Shown here: positions 58,618 to 64,000 of the stretch, one piece after another | How the letters are laid out: each line of letters starts with the position of its first letter | Position numbering within the stretch: the stretch's first letter is position 1 | Assembly: GCA_963677895.2 (NCBI GenBank) | Contig: CAXXGJ010000006.1 | Coordinates: 384,001 to 448,000, forward strand | DNA length: 64,000 nucleotides | Origin: Treponemataceae bacterium | GTDB lineage: Bacteria > Spirochaetota > Spirochaetia > Treponematales > Rectinemataceae | Direction: 5' to 3' | Translations under genes and position numbers: made by a program | The notes under the pieces: generated by a model | Told to the model about the DNA's origin: nothing | What the model saw: the letters and a program-made list of their open reading frames with translations, nothing else | The model's database searches: none

Positions 58618-60771
58618 TCAGGAATAGTTCCCCGTGGTGAGGCCTTCTTCGGCGGTTGGGGGGATAGCGCCGCTCACGATCTCGTACATGGAGGGCGCCA
58701 GGCGCTCCAAGGCCGAGCTGAGTTCGGGGTAGGGGACATTGCAGAGGCTGATGAGGCCGTGCTGCATGCATTCCCCGTCGAAGCGGCCGAGGACGGGCTG
58801 GTCGTTCCACTCGAAGTAATGGGCGCCGACGCTCGCCCTGTGGGCCATGGCCCGCTCCATGAAATAGAGGCAGGCTTTCGTCCGCTCGTCCTGGGTCGGG
58901 GAGTAGACGAGGCCGGCCGCGAGGTTGCGCATCTCGTATCCCGCCACGTGCCATTCGCCCACGAGGCCCGGGCGTTTGTCGAGCTTGTCCACGATGTCGA
59001 ATTTGGGCAGGGGATCGGGGCGGTAGCAGTTGAACGAGCAGATGTCGAAGGCGGCGTTTCCGGCGAATTCGTTGGGCGTGAGCTTGTTGTAGCGCATCCC
59101 CAGGTTGAGGTGGTCGGGATCGACAGCCTTGAGCGCCTCCGAGGGCACCGAGCTGTACTTCGCGATCAGGATGTCGCGGAAGGCTTCGAGGTCGGCGCGG
59201 GATTTCGCGGTCAGCTTGTCGGCGTTGGCCAGCGGTTTATGCAGATCGGCAAAATCCCCGAGAAGGATTCCCCACGCGTCGTTCAGCGCGCCGACGTCGC
59301 TCCTATATCTGGCGCGCAGGAAGGCGATGAGGGCCGTCTTGCTGTGGAGGCTGCCTTCGTGCGCGAGAACGCGTTCGGCGGGGTTCACCGATTCCTGGAA
59401 GAGCCACTCCGGCTCGTTCGTGATGAAGTAGCCGATCATGAGGGGGTTGTCGGCGAAGGGGGCCAGCTGTTCGCGCGCGAAGCGTTCAGCGCCCGCCGCG
59501 TATTCGGGGCTGAAGACATCGGGGAAATCCCTGTAGATGCAGGGTTGCGTCAGCGGGAAGTTCTTCAGGGTGACGACGAAGGGGATTTTCGCCTTCGCGA
59601 GGAAGTCCATGACGCGTTCGTCGACGTAATTGTTCACACCGACACCGATGGTGTTGATGCCCCAGCGGCGCATCCGCGCCGCGTTGATCGTCACCCAGGC
59701 GTCCCACCAGCCCTCGGGACCGAAGGCGCGGATCATGTTGGCGCGCGGGAAGTTGAACATCATGCGGCCCTTGCCGCTCGCGGCGCCGTTGCGCTTAGCG
59801 AATTCGGGTATCTCCGAGGCTTCCGTCCAGCAGTCCTTCCAGGTCTTGTCTTCCTTCGGGGGGAGCCAGTCGAACATCGCTTCCATGCGGTCGACGAAGC
59901 CGTGCACGCCCATGCGGCTGCCGTAGCAGACGCCATTGCTATAGAAGGCGTAGCCCTCTGGGTCGACGAGCCACCAGCGCTGGCCGTCGTGGTGGGTGCG
60001 GAAGAAGCCCGTGGCGTCGAAGCGCAGCTTTTTCCAGCCGCCGTAGCGGCTCCAGTCAGCCGGGTAGCCGCCCGTTGCGACGGGGGCGCAGGAGGTGCCC
60101 TCGGTGGCTTCGGCTCGCGCCGCGGCGAGCTCCGAGCGCAGGTAAGTCGTCATTTCATCCACTGAATGCATCTTGCCCGGCCATTCGTAGCCTTTGCGCT
60201 GGCCCATCTCGTCGACCAGCGGCTCGCCCGAGATCGCCATATCCGGCAGACCGTCGGAGACTTCGAGGCCGTAGAGCCGGAAGCCGCGGCAGGAGTCGTT
60301 TTTCCTGAGGCGGATGCGGATCTCGTCGATCCTATCGATGTGGGTGGGCTCGCCTTCGACGTGGCCCTTGAGCGTTCCCGGGTAGGTGGGCAGGAAAAAG
60401 CGGTGGGAATCCAGCTCCGAGAGCTGTACCGTCATCTTCACCCTGCGCGTCGGAATCATGAAGTAGCGGATCGAAAGGACGCGTTCCGTGCCGGTGCCCC
60501 GCTCCGCCCCGTCGCCTCGCCCCACGCTCTCGCCTCGCTCCACGAAATCGATGTGCATGACAGGCATCCTGTCCATGTCGATTTCCATGTCGACGGTGAG
60601 GAAGTGCTCGGGCGTCCATACGATGCCGACCGTGGCGCCGCCAGCCGAGGCTTTGTCTAGGGAGAGGCAGAAGGAGCCGTCTTCTGCCGGCAGGATAGAA
60701 AGGCCGCTGGCGCTGTGTTCGGCGCGTCCGGCTATGATTTTCAGCAGCGCGAGATCGATCCGTTCTTTCAT
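58618..60771 (-). CDS. GH50-like (clan GH-A) glycoside hydrolase, cytoplasmic
   Basis: ATGFFRT....RWWLVDPEGY, FPDVFSP, GYF..NE, GEWH, VGAHYF...DQP..GRFDGE; no signal peptide. Confidence 0.8.
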   Translation of the reverse strand: MKERIDLALLKIIAGRAEHSASGLSILPAEDGSFCLSLDKASAGGATVGIVWTPEHFLTVDMEIDMDRMPVMHIDFVERGESVGRGDGAERGTGTERVLSIRYFMIPTRRVKMTVQLSELDSHRFFLPTYPGTLKGHVEGEPTHIDRIDEIRIRLRKNDSCRGFRLYGLEVSDGLPDMAISGEPLVDEMGQRKGYEWPGKMHSVDEMTTYLRSELAAARAEATEGTSCAPVATGGYPADWSRYGGWKKLRFDATGFFRTHHDGQRWWLVDPEGYAFYSNGVCYGSRMGVHGFVDRMEAMFDWLPPKEDKTWKDCWTEASEIPEFAKRNGAASGKGRMMFNFPRANMIRAFGPEGWWDAWVTINAARMRRWGINTIGVGVNNYVDERVMDFLAKAKIPFVVTLKNFPLTQPCIYRDFPDVFSPEYAAGAERFAREQLAPFADNPLMIGYFITNEPEWLFQESVNPAERVLAHEGSLHSKTALIAFLRARYRSDVGALNDAWGILLGDFADLHKPLANADKLTAKSRADLEAFRDILIAKYSSVPSEALKAVDPDHLNLGMRYNKLTPNEFAGNAAFDICSFNCYRPDPLPKFDIVDKLDKRPGLVGEWHVAGYEMRNLAAGLVYSPTQDERTKACLYFMERAMAHRASVGAHYFEWNDQPVLGRFDGECMQHGLISLCNVPYPELSSALERLAPSMYEIVSGAIPPTAEEGLTTGNYS

Positions 60772-60791
60772 GATGGCGGTCCTTTGAAAAC

Positions 60792-60878
60792 GAGGGCCTT
60801 CCCACGGCCTTGCGGTCGGCGTGAAGGCCCTCTTCATGGCATGCTTGAATGTACCGGATAACGTAGGTTACCCGGTAC
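60792..60878. terminator. Two stem-loops between the binding-protein and hydrolase genes
   Basis: GAGGGCCTTC...GAAGGCCCTC (60792-60832) and GTACCGGATAAC-GTAG-GTTACCCGGTAC (60851-60878). Confidence 0.55.
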
Positions 60879-60884
60879 GGATCG

Positions 60885-62372
60885 TCATTTCGAAGCCTTT
60901 ACCTGGGCAGCCCAGGCCGCGGTCGCTTCCTTCTCGTACTCTAGACCGCCTTCCTCGTTCCAGCGCTTCACGAAGGTCGCGTACTCCGTCTCGATGTTGC
61001 CCTTGCTGACGATGAGCTGGGCGAAGGCTTCCTTGGTGATGTTCGCCAGCTGCGGGCCGTACTCGCTCGTCGTCTTGAGATTCTTGATGATCTTCGGGTA
61101 CTCGATGCTGTTGTCGCGGGCGAATGCCTGGCCTTCGCGCGTCTGCTTGTTCATGGTCCGGACTTCCGTATTGAGGAGGGGGAACATCCTGGCGTAGACG
61201 TAGGCGCCGTCGGCGCGGTAGGTAGCCTGGTCGGTGAACTTGCCGAGGAGCTTGTATTTACCGTTGTCCTTGTCCACCCACTCGTAGTGCAGACCCTCGA
61301 TGCCGAGATAGGTGAGCTCGTCACCTTCGGTGCCGTACAGATAGTTGAGGTACTCCATCGCCTTCTCGGGGTTCTTGCAGGTGGAGGAGATGCAGTTATA
61401 GTAGGTGTAGCGCGGGTACTGCTTGATGGCTCCGCCCTTGCCGCCGGGACCGGCGATGATCGTGAAGCCGAAGGTCGGTATTGGATTCTTTTCGGTGTAG
61501 CGGCCGGGCATCCAGTTGTTCGTCGTGCCGACGTTCTGGAAATCGAAGATGCCGGTGCGTCCGGTCCAGAGTTTTTCGAAGGCGCTCATGAGGGGGATGG
61601 TGACGAAGTCCGGATCGAGGATGCCATCCTGGTAAAGCTTGCGCAGGTATTTGATCGCGTCGAGATAGGCGGGAGCCTTCATGTAGGTCGTCACCGTGCC
61701 GTTCTTCTGGAGGTAGGGTTTGTCGACAGCGATGCCGTAGGCGCCGAATATGTGCTCGAAGGTGCGCATGTTGGCCATGGTGCCCACATAGCCGACCGTG
61801 TCTTTCTTGCCGTTGCCGTCGGGGTCGCCGTTCGTGAAGGCGGCGAGGACCTTGTACAGCTCGTCGAGGTTGGTCGGCATCTTCAGCTTGAGCTTGGCGA
61901 GCCAGTCCGTCCGCACCGACAGGTTCGATGTGTAGTCGAGCGAGGCCGGGATGACAGCGTAGATGCCGTCGCCCTTGTTGAGCGGGGCGTTCTTGAGGAT
62001 GGAACCGACTTCGGCCACGATGTTAGCCCCGTCGCTCTTGAGGAGGCTGTCCAGCTTCGCGATCATGCCCTGGTCGCGGAATTCAACGGCGTCGATCGCG
62101 TTGCCGTCGACCCAGAAAATGTCCGGCAGGGTGCGGCTCGCGATGAGGGTGTTGAGCTTGGCCGCGTAATCCTTCTCCGGCACGTAGATGTAGGTGAGGT
62201 CGACGCCGAGCTTTTCCTCGAGCGCGCGCTTCACCGAGTTGGTGGGCGTCGGCGTGTTGTCGCCGAACATCATCACCGTGAGCGGAACGCGGCCCGGCGC
62301 GGCTCCCGCCCCGGCGACGAGGCAGAAGAGGGCGACAGAAACCAGAATTCCGGACAAGATTCGCTTTTTCAT
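60885..62372 (-). CDS. Oligosaccharide ABC transporter substrate-binding protein (LplA-like)
   Basis: Signal peptide; LPDIF, VRTDWL.KL...P, DPDGNGKKDT, GIEG.HY. Confidence 0.9.
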   Translation of the reverse strand: MKKRILSGILVSVALFCLVAGAGAAPGRVPLTVMMFGDNTPTPTNSVKRALEEKLGVDLTYIYVPEKDYAAKLNTLIASRTLPDIFWVDGNAIDAVEFRDQGMIAKLDSLLKSDGANIVAEVGSILKNAPLNKGDGIYAVIPASLDYTSNLSVRTDWLAKLKLKMPTNLDELYKVLAAFTNGDPDGNGKKDTVGYVGTMANMRTFEHIFGAYGIAVDKPYLQKNGTVTTYMKAPAYLDAIKYLRKLYQDGILDPDFVTIPLMSAFEKLWTGRTGIFDFQNVGTTNNWMPGRYTEKNPIPTFGFTIIAGPGGKGGAIKQYPRYTYYNCISSTCKNPEKAMEYLNYLYGTEGDELTYLGIEGLHYEWVDKDNGKYKLLGKFTDQATYRADGAYVYARMFPLLNTEVRTMNKQTREGQAFARDNSIEYPKIIKNLKTTSEYGPQLANITKEAFAQLIVSKGNIETEYATFVKRWNEEGGLEYEKEATAAWAAQVKASK

Positions 62373-62417
62373 GGAAGGCCTCCTTGGAAATATGTATTCA
62401 TCGTTCTTGGCTTTCTT

Positions 62418-63335
62418 TCATTCTTTTACCGCGCCCAGGGTTATTCCCCTCGTGTAGTAGCGCTGGAGGAAGGGGTAGATGATGAGGATGGGGATGATCG
62501 ACACGGCTATCGTCGCCATCTTCATGCTTTCTTCGCTCAAGGAGGCCGCGGCGCTCAGATTGCCGACCACCGAAAGCGAGCCCAGGGTGCCCGTGGAGGC
62601 GATGAGCTTCCGCAGGTAGACCTGCAAAATTTCGAGCTGCGGCTTGTTCGTGTACAGTATGCCGTCCATGTACTCGTTCCAGTTGGCGACGCCGTAGAAC
62701 ATGGCCACGGCGGCGATGGCGGGCTTGGAGACGGGGACGAAAATCCTGAACAGGACGGTGAAGGAATTCGCGCCGTCCATGTGGGCGCTCTCTTCCAGGG
62801 AATCCGGGATCGACTTGAAGTAGTTGCGCAGGATGAACATGTTGTAGGCGCTCATGGCCGAGGGCAGGACGAGGGCCCAGAACTTGTCGATGAGACCATA
62901 GGACTGGACGATGAGGTAGGTCGGGATCATGCCGCCCGTGAAGAGCATCGTGAAGAAGAACATCATCGAAAGGCCGCCGCGGCCGCGGAGCCTCCGCCGC
63001 GACAGAGGGTAAGCGGTGAGGATGCTCAGCATGATGCTCAGGCTGGTGCCCACGACCGTGCGCATGATCGTGTTGGCGTAGGCCACGAAGATCTGCGAGG
63101 TCTTGAAGATCATCTCGTAGGCGAGGAGGGTCGGCTTGCGCGGCAGGAAGAAGAGACCGCCGGTCATGGCCGCGTTGGAGTCGCTGATGGAGTACATGAG
63201 CACGTGCCAGAAGGGGTAGGTCGTGCTGAAGCAGAAGAGGAACAGAAAGAGACAGATGAAGAAATGCCCGATGTCTTCGGATCGCGACTGTCGGACCTTG
63301 CGCTGTCTCGCGTTTTTCATCGTTGGGATCTTCAT
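62418..63335 (-). CDS. Carbohydrate ABC transporter permease (CUT1, LplC-like)
   Basis: GGMIPTY, IPDSLEESA.MDGA, YPFLQRYY..G...GAVK; ATG at 63335. Confidence 0.93.
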   Translation of the reverse strand: MKIPTMKNARQRKVRQSRSEDIGHFFICLFLFLFCFSTTYPFWHVLMYSISDSNAAMTGGLFFLPRKPTLLAYEMIFKTSQIFVAYANTIMRTVVGTSLSIMLSILTAYPLSRRRLRGRGGLSMMFFFTMLFTGGMIPTYLIVQSYGLIDKFWALVLPSAMSAYNMFILRNYFKSIPDSLEESAHMDGANSFTVLFRIFVPVSKPAIAAVAMFYGVANWNEYMDGILYTNKPQLEILQVYLRKLIASTGTLGSLSVVGNLSAAASLSEESMKMATIAVSIIPILIIYPFLQRYYTRGITLGAVKE

Positions 63336-64000
63336 CACATGATCCCGCTGTCGGGGTCGAGTTTCTTGGCCACGGCGTTCGTGGCCAGGACGAGGACCAG
63401 CCCGATGACCGATTGGAAAAGTCCCGCCGCGGCGGCTTCCGCGAATTTCTGCTGCTCCATGCCCAGCGTATACGCGTAGGTGTCGATGATGTCGGCCTTG
63501 GAAATCACGAGGTAATTCGAGATGGCGAATATCTGGTCGAAACCCGCGTACATCATCTCGCCGACGCGGAAGATGAGGAGGATGACGATGGTTGGCCTCA
63601 GGCTCGAGAGCGTTATGTGCCACATCTGGCGGAAGCGCCCCGCCCCGTCTATGGCCGCGGCCTCGTAGAGCTGCTGGTCGATGCCGACGATGGCGGCCAG
63701 GTAGACGATCGTGCCCATGCCCGCGCCCTTCCATACATGTGAAACGATGATGACCCAGAGGAAGGATTCCTTCTGGTTCATGATGTTGTTGATCGTCCCG
63801 GTATAGCCCAGTTCCCTCAGGAGCCCGGGGATGGCGCCGCCCGTCGTGTTGAACATGGCGAAGAGGATGCCGTTGATCACGATCCAGGAGACGAAGTTGG
63901 GCAGTATGACGAGAGTCTGGGCGAGCTTTCTGGATTTGCGGCCGCGAAGCTCGTTGATCATGAGGGATAGGATGATCGGGAAGGGAAAGCCGCACACGAG
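63335..64000 (-). CDS. Carbohydrate ABC transporter permease (CUT1, LplB-like), 3' part
   Basis: LP.FVSW, IVYLAAI.GID..LYEAA.IDGA, DIIDTY.Y; runs off the window end. Confidence 0.93.
   Translation of the reverse strand, partial: LVCGFPFPIILSLMINELRGRKSRKLAQTLVILPNFVSWIVINGILFAMFNTTGGAIPGLLRELGYTGTINNIMNQKESFLWVIIVSHVWKGAGMGTIVYLAAIVGIDQQLYEAAAIDGAGRFRQMWHITLSSLRPTIVILLIFRVGEMMYAGFDQIFAISNYLVISKADIIDTYAYTLGMEQQKFAEAAAAGLFQSVIGLVLVLATNAVAKKLDPDSGIM

Noticed and set aside
17960..60878. REP-like family from GTAG-containing hairpins at 17960 and 60851
   Set aside because: The stems share no sequence, GTAG is internal rather than at the foot, and there is no RAYT gene.

Overview
A GC-rich bacterial chromosomal segment of about 51 genes, probably from an anaerobe (glycyl radical enzyme; a free-living spirochaete is my unverified guess). 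I found no rRNA, tRNA, CRISPR array, IS element or prophage. In order it carries: the 5' part of a type I restriction-modification locus (hsdM partial, hsdR); two acyltransferases and asnA; a sigma54/PrpR-controlled carboxylate operon (2-hydroxyacid dehydrogenase, PrpF, TctBAC, RraA/HMG aldolase, aconitase-family enzyme); an Opp/Dpp transporter with an M14 peptidase; and miscellaneous genes. From about 28.8 kb to the end lies a large plant-cell-wall utilisation region: an atypical M24-fold protein with TctCBA, a PL9 lyase, a stand-alone CBM77-like protein and FadR; then GH127, DUF3798, Xaa-Pro aminopeptidase, GntR and HypD with its activase; then an arabinose regulon (araD, ABC transporter, araA, araB, LacI); then a GH50-like hydrolase with a sugar ABC transporter. 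The best candidate for an undescribed system is the GH127/PepP/HypD/ara cluster, which looks like a route for fermenting both halves of arabinosylated hydroxyproline from plant extensins. Three single-base frameshifts cluster between 33.4 and 38.3 kb. All family calls come from motif recognition by eye, not database searches.
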